From assembly GCF_009914755.1 (NCBI RefSeq), contig NC_060927.1: DNA of 64,000 nucleotides; one strand, written 5' to 3'. A program made the translations under genes and the position numbers. Positions 47,271-61,328 of this stretch are shown here, piece after piece; positions within the stretch are counted from its first letter, which is position 1; each line of letters starts with the position of its first letter. The stretch comes from the human T2T-CHM13v2.0 reference genome, Homo sapiens. The notes below the pieces were generated by a model. That model did not search any database, had not been told where the DNA came from, and was given only the letters and a program-made list of their open reading frames with translations.

Positions 47271-47413
47271 TGCCTGTAGTCCCAGCTACTTGGGAGGCTG
47301 AGGCAGGAAAATCATTGAACCCGGGGTGCAGAGGTTGCAGTGAGCCGAGATTGCGCCACTGCATTCCAGCCTGGTGACAGAGACTCCAACAAAAAAAATA
47401 AAAATAAAAAATA
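47271..47413 (+). mobile_element. 5'-truncated Alu (right monomer only)
   Basis: Right arm plus tail; TSD ACAATACATA at 47261-47270 and 47417-47426. Confidence 0.92.
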
Positions 47414-49149
47414 AAGACAATACATAATCTGTTTTCTGACTACATACACACGTTTTAACTTGCACTCTTGTCAAGGCAGGGCAACATAAGATGAGTTTAA
47501 CTTTCAGGAGATCTTGTGCCAATAGTTCTGCATTTTTCTTATCTCCTCCTTTTCTCTTTTTGCTAGGGTCTCATTTATTTTCTATAAATGCCTCCAGATT
47601 CTTTCCATTTTCCCTTGATTACAGAAGTCTTCTTTTCTCTGCCCTATTAGCCACACTACTTTAAACAAAGAGAAGAAATAATTTCCAGATGGAAACTGTG
47701 GCAGATTATGTTTTGTGTTCCTATGCCAATCACCACTTTGTATGCTTGTATACCCAAAGCCTATTTCAGCGTTCCTGAAATTTTAAAGCTAAAGAAAATA
47801 GACTCAACTCTAAAGTGAGTTTTGAGATAATGTACCAATGTATTGAAGAATTTTCACCAAGAACTCCCAAAAATATGGAGGGAAACAGAGCTCACTAGAG
47901 GGAAACCTAAGAATGGCGTAACTATACTGGGAAGTAGGCACTGTTTTTTCTTGCACAAATGCTTTATTGATTTGGTGTACCTGTGCATGCCAGGCACTGA
48001 CAAAATAGAGGTAAAAAGCTCTTGTACTTTCATGTTCTAGTCTTGGAAACAACTGATAAATGTGTAAACATATACAAATGCCTATATTCTGTTTCCAAAT
48101 TTAAAGTGCATTGAGTTTTTAATGTTTAAATAACCTACAAATTGTGTTTCTAGATAAAGACTTAAAGAAAATATTACCAATAAAAGGAGAAAAAGTTAAC
48201 ACTACGTATCTACTCTGTATCTACATTAAGTGTTTCATTTAATCTTCCCACCAATAACAAAAATAGTAATACCTGCTGATAAAAAAAATCGTATATTGGT
48301 TCTTTGAACTTTGTTGAAACTTATGTTAAGACCTAGGACCTGAACAATTTTGATAAATGTTTGTTTTCTAGGTTGACTTTACCTTAATGTTTTGCTCAAT
48401 GATTTGTACTTTTGATAATATTTATATTTATTATATTATAAACTTAACCTATATTATATAGAAAAATATATTTTTAATGGTTGGTTATTTATAGGATGAT
48501 CTAACAATGGGAATAATACATAAGAGTTATTAAACATAAAGTGAATTGGTCAGCTTCTCTTATACTTGTAACAAGTATTGTTAATACTTGCTTTGTGTAC
48601 TTGGTGGTTATCTTATTAGGTTCACATAAGTTTAGCCTTTTCACCTGTGATCTTGGTTAAGTGACTTTAATTCCTTTGTCTCAGTTTCCTCCCCTATAAC
48701 TTTGAGGTATTTGATTCTGCCAGGTGCCCAGGGCTACTATCATCCTAGATTCACTTTAAATTTTCTATTGGAGGTAGCTGAGGTCACAAAAATTAAGAGC
48801 CAAAATCCAAATAAATGCTGTCTTATTATGGCTAAGAAATCTCCAAGTACACATCTCCTCTGCCTTCAACCCTGTTCCACCAAGGACTCATGATCAGAGG
48901 TATGTATCTTCATAGTCTCTTGCTCTGCTTTTTTATCAGATTCACCCACTGAAGGTATGATATTTGAGAACTGTGGAAGTGTTTCCAATCTGAGTTTCCA
49001 CTCTGCTCAGTTCCTAGGACTTTTTACACTCTCCTCTTCCTGAGAGACTATCAATAGCCCATCTCTATGCCCTCTGATATTTGAAACTCACCAGCTCAGC
49101 TATTGATTAAGACTATTTTTTTAATTGTGACATATTTGTGTATACATAG

Positions 49150-49172
49150 ACACACACACACACACACACACA
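49150..49172. repeat. (CA)n microsatellite
   Basis: Seen directly. Confidence 0.9.
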
Positions 49173-51749
49173 TACGTGAAGTTATTTTTTGTATTGCCCC
49201 AAAACTTCTTGGTGTGTGCTATACAAGGAGAGTTTTTATTCTGAACAGCTAAGCTTCTATTGTCAAAAATGGAAGCTTTTTGCCTCTGTGCCCTGCTATC
49301 TTCTTACTCTTATCTGCTGCGCTGTAGGAAATGATTGATTGAAATTAATATAACTGTATCTAAGTATTAATTTATAGATTAGAATCTTATACTTTCTTCA
49401 TTATAATTTTCACATTGTCTTTTGTTTTCTAACAAGTTATAACTTTTTTGTAATATTTTCTTTAAAAATAAAACATGACTACATGATCTCATTGGTATAG
49501 TATTTCCTTGACTTATGCAAGTTCCAATATAAAGTGAGCCTCTAACCCGATATTGTCTTTGACAAATATTTTGCTTATGCCATAAGTTTCCTAGTCACTA
49601 AAGTGTGTGTATGTGTGTGTGCATGTGTGTGTATAAGGAACATATGTGGTACAATGGGGTAAAGAAGTTTGGAGATTTGTAATCTACGGAATCTCTACTT
49701 CATTTACATTTATACACACACACAAACACACTTGCATACATATATACATAGATGGTGATGATAATGATGAAAACAATCATGGCAGCAACATTGGATGGGA
49801 ATAATGCAAATGAAGAAAAAAATTGTTTTGCCCATAACACTTTGATAAATCATTAAAAAAAATTACAAATGTCAACAGAATTTCCCAATGGAATAAATAA
49901 TAAATGTCCATTACAGCTATTAGAGTCTTTCAGTAGGCCCATATAACTAAATACCAAAATGACATCTAATAATTTTTATTAAAATAATTTATAATGAATT
50001 ATACATCATACAGTGAAGTCCTCCAGGTCTTTAAAATTTGCATATCTAATTTTCTGGATATTTAGTATCACCAAATTTGTGTACATGTATAGATAGATAG
50101 ATGGATAGAGTATACTGTATTTAAGTGCATATGTATACACATAAATACACATGCGTATGTTTTAAATTATATATTACTCTTTACATATATGTATCTTAAT
50201 TGTTTTTGTTTTATCATTTCTCTTGTTGCCAGGTCATTGACAATTATTTTATTAATGGTATGCCAGATCATAATCCTACGGATTTAATTAAGAACAACCA
50301 GATAACCATGATTTTTAGAATTATAAATAAGCCAGAGTAAATAAGGTATTTAGTGAGAAAATGTGAACTCTCCTTCGAGGGCAGTATCTAAGTTTTATTG
50401 CGTGGAATAGGTGAACATCTCTTTGGTTGTATGGAAGCCTCTATTACTTAAATTTTAGTTTTTGGAAAAACCTAAAAGTTTATTTGAATTCAATAGTAGT
50501 TTTTAAATCACTGTGTTTCTGTAAGTAGCAAATGACACACAGGAAAAGAAACAGAACAGCAAAAACCTTTTAATCAGCAAAATTTTCTGTTTACTGATAA
50601 TTCATTGCCAGAAAGTAAAATGTCCCTTGAAGATTAAGATAATAGCTTTACATTGATAGATGTCAGTAGATAATGGAATTGTGTACTCTCATTACCATTG
50701 CTCAAGCTGCTAAACCTTTAGCCAAAAATAAACAAAATGGCCTTTTGGTCATTTGTTAAATTGTAATGAAGGAAAAATTCTGTGAAAATTGTGTAAGACA
50801 TTCCTTGGAATGGGGACATTTTCCCATTTTTCATTCCAAGATGTCAAAGCAATTAATATTATTTTCCACAGCTGAGACATGTTTTAATACATTAAAGGTT
50901 TCCAGTAGCAACAATTGATTGAAAAGTACTGAGGATATAAATAAAATGTAATTAATTTGGCAAAAAAAAAAGCCTGAAAATGTTTGGAGATGTTGGAGAT
51001 ATGACTTTTACCAGTTTAGAAGAACAGTGTAAGTCTGGAGAGCAGAATGTTTGCTTATGAATTCCAGGCTCTAACTTCTTACACATTTATATCCAAGAAA
51101 ATGTCAAGAAAACAAAACCCAAGATTTATGTACATTTCATTTTTGATATCACAAATTTTATCATTTTTATGAGGTATACCTCATAAAGTTTATCTTTTCA
51201 TAACATTTAAAGCTCTCAATATAACTTTTCCTTAACTCATACAGATAAAATAAAATTATACTTAGAAATATTTCCTCCTTGCCTCACTCCAGAAAACCAT
51301 GCTGGTGAGAGAGGAAAACATTTTACAGGTTTTCCAGGGATTGTGTTTAAAGTCACAGTTGAAAGGAAACAAACCTATTTTCCCAGCAACAATCTTCCAA
51401 GACATCCTAATTATTAAAGTATCTTATGCATTGTCACTGATAAATGAGGCTAACTGCTCAAAAGGCTAATTTTTAGACCTTCTCTCGTATTAAGATTTAA
51501 GGCAATAAATTATACATGTTATTTTCGCTATAAACAAATGTTAAATGGTACTAACTACATATAGTTCAAAATTGCTATTAATACAAATTTAAATTTTTTT
51601 TCTAAAACCATTAGATACATTTGATTATTCTGCACCATGTCTTATGAGAAAGAAAATAGCAAACACATAAAGGCATTCACCTTAAAATCCTACATTTTAT
51701 CCCATGAAGTGTTCAACTAACATTGGAGTCTTGAAAATACTTGACTAGC

Positions 51750-52286
51750 TGTGATGGTTAATATTGTGTCAACTTGATTGGATTGAAGGATGCAAAGTAT
51801 TGTTTCTGGGTGTGTCTGTGAGGGTGTTGCCAGAGGAGATTAACGTTTGAGTCAGAGGACTGGAGGAGGCAGACCCACCCTCAATTTGGGTGGGCACTAT
51901 TCAATCGGCTGCAGGCAGAAGAAGATGGAATGAGCTGATTTGCTGAGTCTTCTGGCTTTCATCTTTTCCCTGTGCTGGATGCTTCCTGCCCTTGGACATC
52001 AGACTCCAGGTTCTTTGGCTTTTGGACTCCTAGATTTATGCCAGTGGTTTTCCAGGGGCTCTCAGGCCTTGGGCCACAGACTGAAGGCTGCACTCTGGGC
52101 TTCCCTACTTCTGATGTTTTGGGACTCAGACTGAGCCACTCCTGGCTTCCTTGCTCCTCAGCTTGCAGACAGCCTGTCATGGGACTTTACCTTGTGATCC
52201 TGTAGTCAATTCTCCTTAATAAACTCCCTTTCATATATACATATACCCCATTAGTTCTGTCCCTCTAGAGAACCCTGACTAACACA
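51750..52286 (+). mobile_element. MLT2A (A2-like) HERV-L solo LTR
   Basis: TGTGATGGTTAATATTGTGTCAACTTGATTGGATTGAAGGATGCAAAG...CTAGAGAACCCTGACTAACACA; TSD-like CTAGC/CTGGC. Confidence 0.92.
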
Positions 52287-53544
52287 CTGGCAAACTGCAA
52301 ATTAATAGTAGGACAGTTGAGGCAAATATTTAAAGTAGACTTACTTAAGAAATTCCTCATCAAGTAATTGCATCGCTTGCAATTTAATCTAGAAGCACTG
52401 ACTCAAAAACCCACAATTTGCTAGTCTACCACAATTCCACTTTAATTAGGTTAAAGAATGAAGAATCTCATTTTGCACACAACATTTTTCAAATTTTTAT
52501 GTTTTACTATATTCTGTCTATATTTTTATCAATATTAAATTTTTAGAATAGGCTATTAATCTGAGATAATTTTGTTTAAGAGTTTTAGTTTATACAACAA
52601 GCCAATCTAGGAAAGAACTACCAGGCCAACATTTTAATTTTTAGATAACTGGGGACTGAGATGAGCAAGAATCAGAACATGATTAAACAGTGTGAAAGCT
52701 AATGCTTTCCTAAGTCACTTACAGTACCTCTCTTCTAGCTTTTCCAAGTGTGTTCTAAAGTAAAGAATCCATAAATACAGAACTTGTTCTGAATGTCAAG
52801 TAACTAAAAGAAGGAGTCCTTTATCACTTCAGGGTTGGTAGAAGTTAGAGGAGAGAAATAAGTAGGCGGGATAAGTCAGGAACATTCATGAAGATAATGA
52901 AGCTCTAAGAAAAAAAGAGTGAAATTAAATTTGGTGAACAAAGAGAATTCAGGACCATAATTCTGCATAGAACCCAACAGACTAAGAATATGGTGAGTAG
53001 AGCCCTGTGGGTCGACTGGGTTAATCAAATGATATCCCAGATCCCAGAATGACACTTTTCCATCTAATATATTCCCTGAGTATATGTCAGTGGCCTTACA
53101 TTCACTGGTCTTGGTAATTAATTAAATAATATCAAATATATTCTTATAAATTATACCCTTAACTGAGGTGGAACCAGATAGAGCAGGATTTCTACTTACT
53201 GTTTTTGAAAATTGCTTTTTAGTCAGAAATTTCATGTGCTCAAATCCTCTTATCTATTGCCCTACCCAAATAATTATCATTGTCATCAACTAGAAATATT
53301 AATAATTTGTTAGGTTTTTTCAAAAAATAAGTATGAAGAATTTAAGGAAGAAAAGATAATAGATTGACTTTGAAGAGGTTACTTTGTTTTGTTTATTTCT
53401 GAAACAATGCTTAAAATGTTTTCTTAAGTAGGAAGGGAAATAACAGGGGGACTTGGGCATATAAATTGTTCACATATGCACTAATATTAACAAATTTATA
53501 TGAATTACATTTAAAAATATGAAGCAATCACTCATTTGTGAATC

Positions 53545-53700
53545 TTTCATGCAACAAATGTTTAATGAGCATCAACCATGTGTCAGGCACCATACTGAGC
53601 ATCAATGATAGAACAAGAGTAGTTTCAGTCCTCCTCTGAGACTAGAAGCTCAGAGTCTAGTTCTGTGAGACAGAACAAATTTTCATACAAGTAATTAAAA
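53545..53700 (-). mobile_element. L2 3' end fragment
   Basis: CAACAAATGTTTAATGAGCATC...TGTGTCAGGCACC. Confidence 0.6.
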
Positions 53701-53872
53701 TTTCACTAACTGGCTGAAGCAATATAATCATTAATCATGTCATACATCAAAAGCTTCAAGATATACAGTTAATCCTTTTGTCCTGTGCTCCATCAATTCA
53801 ATGTTTTCACCAGGTTTTCCATTCTGCTCCACTATCCTTATAGCATGGCTTTTGGACCTAATGGGACTTCTT

Positions 53873-54176
53873 TTTTTTTTTTTTTTTTTTTTTTTTGAGA
53901 CAGAGTCTCACACTGTCACCAGAGCTGGAGTGCAGTGGTGCGATCTTGGCTTACTGCAACCTCCGCCTCCCAGGCTCAAGCAATTCTCCTGCCTCAGCCT
54001 CCTGAGCAGCTGAGATTACAGGTGTCCACCACCCGCCCAGCTAATTTTTTGAACTTTTAGTAGAGATGAGGTTTCACCATGTTGGCCAGGCTGGTCTCAA
54101 ACTCTTGACCTCATGATCTGCCCGCCTCAGCCTCCCAAAGTGCTGGGATTACAGGTGTGAGCCACCACGCCTAGCC
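53873..54176 (-). mobile_element. AluS (Sg-like)
   Basis: Full Alu; perfect TSD ATGGGACTTCTT at 53861-53872 and 54177-54188. Confidence 0.95.
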
Positions 54177-54289
54177 ATGGGACTTCTTACCATATTGTTG
54201 TACGGTTGTTGCAGAGGAGTAGCATAAGCTAGTACTTATACAGTACTTGAAAGAAAGCACACATTGAATAAATGTGGTCTCTGAGGTTC

Positions 54290-54460
54290 TATTAATGTTG
54301 TTCAATCCTGAGAACAATCTCCTGAGGTAGATACTATAATTCTGCACACTGAGGTCCAGCAAATTTAGATGTTTTAAAAGATGATTCAGTTACTAAGTTA
54401 ATAAATGCACTAGAATTCATACCCAGGCTTTTCTGAATCCAGAATCTTTGCTTTTATTAT
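54290..54460 (-). mobile_element. MIR fragment
   Basis: AATCCTGAGAACAATCTCCTGAGGTAG...ATTCATACCCAGG. Confidence 0.6.
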
Positions 54461-56899
54461 TGTGCTATGATGTACGTCAAGTACTGTATAAGAACAATGC
54501 TATAAGTATCAATGTCCTATGATTGTTAGCTACTATTTTCAATAAGATTATTTTTTATGATTTCCATTTTCTCAGCAGGCCTGCTGCTACTATGATCCAA
54601 AATTGTTTTCTTTCCTCATTGTCAGAATTCCGGAAATTGAAGATATGAAAAAAATAACCTCAATAGATTCTGTCCTCATTAGTTTTGTCATTTATAAACT
54701 AAAATATTGTTTCAAGTTTAAAATAAAGGGTATGAAACTTTTGTAAGACATCTAAAGTTAACCAGGTGATAAATATGTGCAAATGTATGGTGGGATTTCA
54801 TCTATACAATAGTAACAATTGTTCTTTAGATGCTCATTCATAAGCTACCTTGTGGTTTTCAAATATGCTCGTTTGTGAATATCATAGTTAAAATTTAGAT
54901 AAAGTTACTAAAAGATGGGAATCCTTTTTGTTTATTATATATCTTTCAGCACCATATAATAGGTGCACAAATATTTGACTAAGGATTTATTCTATGTTCT
55001 TGTCAATAGCAGGCTTTCAGGGCTACTCTGTCAGTATGACCCCCCCCTACCATCAGGCTGTGCTGGCTCTGTAGGGCTAGCCAATATCCTTAAAAATCCA
55101 TATTTGGTGAAATCTAGTAAAATAATTGATCTAGATACGAATAATATTCCCCACAGTATTTCACTGGCTGATTCCGGCCAATTCCAGTTATCAATAGAAG
55201 CTCCAAAGGCTGGAGAGAGTTCTGTGGCCCCCAAAAATGGGAAGAAGGGGTATAATCTTCACCTTCCCAAGCTCAAAGAAACCCCTGAACTAAATGGGAA
55301 CTGAAAAACTTTACAATATCAAAAAAGGATATCATGATAAGCTTTAGAATATCAAAAAAGGATATCAAACTACTTCAGGTTCTTTGTTTCTTGGATCTTG
55401 ATTCAAATCTTAGAACAGAATAAAAAAATGATATAGCCAGTGCCATTTGTACATGCTGTGGCCAGGGAAAATGAAATCCTAGTTTCGTCCCAATAATCAG
55501 TGATGATGAAGTGGTCAACTCATGGGGGAAAGTGAGAGTGCTGTTTAAAAGACCAAATGAATGTGAGGCAGCCAAAAACCAGGTAATGTCTACCTCTGTC
55601 TGATTTGATTTTAGATTTCTTCTTGTATAGCTATCAAACTAAAATTACGTAAAAGAATTACCATTCTAACATAGTTGTTACTACTTCTTTTCAAATAATT
55701 TTGCTACCTTTGCCTTGGACTCTCCAGAACTGTCATTATGGGTAAAATAAATACATTTCTTAATACCTCAATACCTCTAGCCTACCTATACTATGTGTTG
55801 AGGTAAGCTGTTTCCTCATGATACAGTTCAGACACTAAAATGCACACTGACTTATAATCCCATGCCATTCACCAGGATTTGAAACGAACACAATACCTTT
55901 TCAGTCAACCTTTCGCTAAGAGCAAGATCTAACTTCCTACTTCCAGAAGCATTTAAAAATTACACTGAAGAGGATAGAAATGTAAGTATGTGGAGAATGT
56001 GCAGATCCATTCAAATACAACAGGAATGTTTTCAAGCATATTTTAAATGTAATAGAGTTCCTATTCAAACTCAATAAAATCATTTATGACTATTAAGCTG
56101 AATGCTAACATTATTGCTTCCACAAACAAATCCAGTCAAATTTAGTAAAGAAACCTTACAGCAGGAGGGAAAAGGACTTACTGGGAAAATTTTAAATAGG
56201 TCAGTTTTACTGGAATAATACTGAATAGAATAATCTGCTTTTTCCCACTAAGAAATAGGTCTTATAAATAGCCTAAATGGCTTTATGAAAGATAGAATAT
56301 TCAGACTAATGTGTCTCCTTATACTTGCCCAAGAAACTAGCAAATCAGTATAAACAGACCCAACAGAAAACATCCAATAGATGCATGATATGATTTTAAC
56401 TGTCTCTGCAAACCACAGACATGTAAGTATTCACACTCAGCATAACAGAGCATTATTTCATATTTGTTTTACATTGAAAATGAACTGTTTTAGTGGGCTC
56501 GTTCATAAACACTGTTCCTATTAAACACACATATATACACTTAATATTTGGCAAAGTTTGCTTGTCTAATATATAAATGGAAACTTAAGACCAAAGTAAC
56601 TGTTTTGTTTAATTTGTACTTTGTTATGTATTTACTTATCTTTGCAAATTAAATATATCAAAAGTTATTTTATGTTACCTTGAAGAAAAAGGATATGGAA
56701 CATTAACAATTGTTGTACTGAACTGTCACCCCAAATCATATTGTTTAGTTAAATGCACTACTTTTCATTCATTTCTCTCAAAATGCCTGTGTAAAATTTA
56801 TATAGCTATCTAAAAATTCACATAAATAACATACCAGCCTTCATACAAAATTACTTATTGAATCAGTGGATGTTTTGACTTTCACACCACTTTCTGGTT

Positions 56900-57790
56900 C
56901 CTGAGATTATTACTCCTTTCTTTGGTTTTTTGAGTTCTTCCCCTAGTTATCTCCTCATCACTGGAACCCTCTTTGCTCCATTCTCTGTTCTCTTCTCAGT
57001 CTGTGTAGATTCTGTGACAGCTCTCATGTTGCCGCTGTAGAACGATGACCTTTACACCAGTCTTCTGATCTCCACATCTCAAGAGCCAGCTGCCTTGTAG
57101 ATGTTACCATTTAGGTGCCCCCAAACACGTCTGATCTCCACACATCCACAAAGAAGTCCTCATCTGCTTTCCTCACCCCACTCCCATTTGCCACCAGCAT
57201 CATCACCCAATCAGGAACTCAGCTCATATTTTATCCCTTTCCTTATTTTATCCTCACATTCAATTCATAACAAAGTCCATCTAACTCTATCCTCCTAAGA
57301 TCTTTCGATCTCCTCTCCTACCCCATTTTCATCCTCAAGACCTCCTTCATTTAGGCATCATTATTGTCACCTTGAATACTGTCTTTCCATGATTAAAATC
57401 AATAAACAGCTCCCCAAAGCCTTTTAAAACCATTTATGTTACTACAACTGGCTCACAAGTTTTCCTCAAGATGCACCCTACATGTACTTCTATCCTACTT
57501 TCCTGAAGCAGCTCACTTCACCTAATGCACATCAAGTCACTTGCTGATCCTCTACAAGGCGATTCTCTCTTGCCTGTCTTCCTTTGCTCATGCTACCTTC
57601 TCTTCATGAAAGACCCTTCCCGCATCTTCTTCTTGGCTAGACTAATTCTGACTCCTTCATTAAAAAGCAGGCTTGTAATAAATATCCTCTAATTATGCAT
57701 TTGTCTATCTTTTCTTACTATAATTTTATGTCTTTGCTCTCATATCTTTGTTTTTGGCCCTTACCCACAGCAATTATTATGTAGTAAATA
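56900..57790 (+). mobile_element. L2 fragments
   Basis: Pyrimidine-rich degenerate L2 3' region; boundaries approximate. Confidence 0.55.
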
Positions 57791-57809
57791 TGTTATTTTA
57801 ATGCTAAAA

Positions 57810-58020
57810 AATTCTACCCAAGTAGTCTGACTTGAGCAAATTGTTTCACCTCCCTTTGAATCAGTTTCCTTACTGGTAAAATAAGGATATTTAATAATAT
57901 CTGTCTTATAGTGTCTTTGGGAAAAATAAACTCAGTTAACAGACATAAAGCATTTATAAACATACTTGGTACATAATAAGTTATAAAGTTATTAAATATT
58001 ATCATTATTGTGAGAATTAT
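57810..58020 (+). mobile_element. MIR
   Basis: GACTTGAGCAAATTGTTTCACCTCCCTTTGAATCAGTTTCCTTACTGGTAAAAT. Confidence 0.7.
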
Positions 58021-58259
58021 TATTATTTCCTTGCTATTCCTTTTCAGCCCCTTCTTCTGGAGTCGTTCACTGAACACTTAGTGCATTGTTTCCCTTGCAG
58101 AACCTCCAATGCTCTCCTGTGTGGCTTTCCTCTTTAGAGCAGCACTAAACACCCTTAGCTTTCAGCAGTATTCAACGCTCTTTTCTAGCATCCCTAACCA
58201 TGTTCAACTTCCTTTCTACTCTCAACATACCACTCATTTGAATAAACACTTCAACACTA

Positions 58260-58520
58260 TAGCATAGATGATAAGAAAGCAGCTTCTACAGCCAGACAGG
58301 TTGGGTCTGAGTTCTGGCTTCTCCATTTTTAACTTTTTAATGAAAAAAGGTTGTTTAATTTCTCTATGCCATAGCTTTATTTATCAAATAGGGCTGAGAA
58401 TAGTATTTACCTCATAAGATCACTGTAGGGTTAAATGAATTAGTAGTTTTTACTACTACCAAGTTTACTTAGAATATTACATGAGAATAGTATGCTCTTA
58501 ATAAATCATAGTAGTAATAC
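58260..58520 (+). mobile_element. MIR
   Basis: GCCAGACAGGTTGGGTCTGAGTTCTGGC...TAGTATTTACCTCATAAG...TTAAATGA. Confidence 0.65.
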
Positions 58521-58969
58521 ATCTATTCAAGTGGCACAGCTTACTCTATTAGGAAACATCATTGCCTTATATACCTTTAGAATATGGCCACTTATGCCAA
58601 GTTGCTCTTTCAAAACTACAGCATCAATAGAGTATATACTTTTTGTCAGAACACAAGACCTGCAAGGGACATGAGAAATAGAACTTCCAAGGCCTTGTTT
58701 GACAAAGAAATAAGGGCACATATTTATTAGTTAGCTCGTCTTGTTTAACTGAGCTAGTTCATAAGCTTCTATACCAGTCCTCAATGTCTGATCTTTGAAT
58801 AGTGCTGGCAAATTTTATTGCACACAGAGAGAACACTGGCCTTCTGATACATACCAGACCATCACTGCACATAGGAAAGTGCTGGCTTTCTGGTGTCCAT
58901 CAAACAATCATAGGTAATGCTGGCCTTCCACTGGGCACCAGACCAATACAGCACAAAGGAAGAAAGGCC

Positions 58970-59230
58970 AATAGAGGGAAGCAGTTAAAAGCACAGAGCC
59001 TGAAGCTGACTACCTGGGTGCAAGTCTAGGTTCTATCACTTCAGAGCCATCTGACCAGGGGCAACTTACCAAGTTCTCTGTGCCCCCATTTCTTCTTCAT
59101 ACAGAGGATATTAGAAGTGTGGAACCAATAGCTTGTGGAAGTTAAAATAAATTGATATGAATAATGAATTAATACATATAAAGACTTTGAACCACACTCT
59201 GCATGTAGTAGCAATATATGTTTTCCTTGC
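58970..59230 (+). mobile_element. MIR
   Basis: GCAGTTAAAAGCACAG...CTACCTGGGTGCAAGTCTAGG...CTCTGTGCCCCCATTTC. Confidence 0.65.
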
Positions 59231-59509
59231 TATCACTGCAAACACATACAGCTACATGAACATTACTAAAATTTGTTATTACTTCAATGTCACCACTGTA
59301 TATCTTGTACTAAAATTCAAAATACCTCCTCCCTTTCTTGAAGAACCATAGGAAACTAGCAACCAATGCCCTTTCTATTCTAAATAATTTAAAAATAAGT
59401 CTTATCATATTCATTCCTTATAAAAATGAAGATTAGTTTTACCTAGGTAGTTCATCTGCCTTAAGATTCTGGAAAGCAGTAAGTCACTTATCAAGGTAGT
59501 AGTACCAGA

Positions 59510-59710
59510 AAATATAATCACCACGAAGCTGATGAAGCTTAAATTTCTGAACCCTTCAATTTTACAGGCTCCTCTGAAATGCGGGAGAGTTTAAAAATAT
59601 GTTCACTGAGTACCTTTTTTCAGTTTTCAAGAGTTGTATATTTTATGTTCTCTTTTTAAAAAAAAATAAAACATACAAAATTATGTAAGGTGCATGTCCC
59701 AGAAAACATG
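59510..59710 (+). mobile_element. Possible hAT-Tip100 (MER115/Zaphod-like) fragment
   Basis: CACGAAGCTGATGAAGCTTAA resembles the left end of this family. Confidence 0.4.
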
Positions 59711-61004
59711 GTTTTATTCTTAGATAATATTGACATCACTGGCATATCTCTACACAAGTGGGATAGGAGAAACTTCCATGGCAGTGATCCCTTCCACATA
59801 GAGAATATGGGAAGATTTTCATTTTTTGGTTTGAAGCCACAGCTATCATTTCAAGAAAATTCTTATCCTGGTACCTCAGATGGAGCCTCGTCGTCCTTGA
59901 GATAATCACAAGCCTTGTGCTTTGTGCATTGTTTTCCTGCAGCCTATAGATTTGGCAGACCGATTGAAGAGGTACTTTAGGTCAACTGCATTGTAGTTCT
60001 TTCGTGCATCCTGCCACCAATAGCCTACTATAGCTGCTGTTTGATTACCCTGTTTTCATGATGATTTTAGAGTCCTCAGATAAGTACCTGTCCCTGCAGG
60101 CATTTTCACAAGACAGTTGATCCTGAAGCCAAGAATTACATTTTACACAAACATGTGCAGACATACACATACATAGATAATTCACTGTGTTTTCCATTGC
60201 CTTTCTTTGAATTCTTTGTACTATGTAGAAAATATCCATCCACCCAACATATTTCTATTACCACTTCTGACACTGACACTACAATCTTTGAGCTGTTAAA
60301 TTAAAGACAACCATCATGAAACATTCTATGCATTTGCAATGAAAAGTATGAGAAGTCTTAGTCCACAAGCTGTTATGTATTAAATTGAAGCTACACCTGT
60401 TTTCCTCTTGCCTGTACCAGGCATTAGAAAACTCAGAACCAGATGAAGGCCACTATTGCATTGTGAACTATTATTCTGTTCTGGCTATTAGTACTCAGAT
60501 ACTGTCAATCACACCATTGTAACAATCTTGCATCTGCAAAATTTGCTCCAGGGAAACATCAGCAATTCCATTACTGTGAAAGGTATTAGAAGATTGTTTG
60601 TGGTTAGCTGCCGGCTCCTGTTCAGCTGGTTATGTTCTCAGATTCTACAGGCCTCACAGAGAAAGTTTTTATTGCTGAATAAGAAACAAGGAATTTGTCA
60701 TAACATACGAAACAGAGGAGAAGGAGAATCATCTTGACTGAAAATTCTATTTCTTTAACGTTAGCCTATAGGCAATGTTATCATATGGAATCAATCCCTG
60801 AAACTTTGTCTTGCCCTTATGGAGCATTACATTATTGTTGAACTGAATGCCGTTACATGGTTTCTCCAAACTCAGGTAGCCACAAGTTAGAAAACACATT
60901 ACTATCGATGTACCAAGAATGGTCTATAAACCAATTATTACCATGGTTCTGCTTAATTTAAAGAATTAGAGAATCAAGAAATATTTTTAGAAGTAAATTT
61001 TCCC

Positions 61005-61302
61005 AGCTGGGCGCAGTGGCTCACGCCTGTAATCCCAGCACTTTGGGAGGCCGAGGCAGGCAGATCACAAGGTCAGGAGTTCAAGATCAGCCTGAACAAC
61101 ATGTGAAACCCCGTCTCTACTAAAAATACAAAAATTAGTCAGGCATGGTGGCGCATGCCTGTAATCCCAGCTACTCAGGAGGCTGAGGCAGGAGAATCAC
61201 TTGAACCTGGGAGGCAGAATTTAAAGTGAGCCCAGATCATGCCACTGAACTCCAGCCTGGGCAACAGAGCAAGACTCCATCAACAAAAAAAAAACAAAAC
61301 AG
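61005..61302 (+). mobile_element. AluS (Sg-like)
   Basis: Full dimer; TSD AAATTTTCCC on both sides. Confidence 0.95.
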
Positions 61303-61328
61303 AAATTTTCCCATATATTAATATTCAT

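Noticed and set aside
54963-55304. 113-aa plus-strand ORF in unique sequence
   Set aside because: GTG start, no recognisable domain, no convincing splice context; length compatible with chance.
59690-60060. Unique GC-richer segment with a 71-aa ORF
   Set aside because: No recognisable product or consistent splice signals; cannot be supported from sequence alone.
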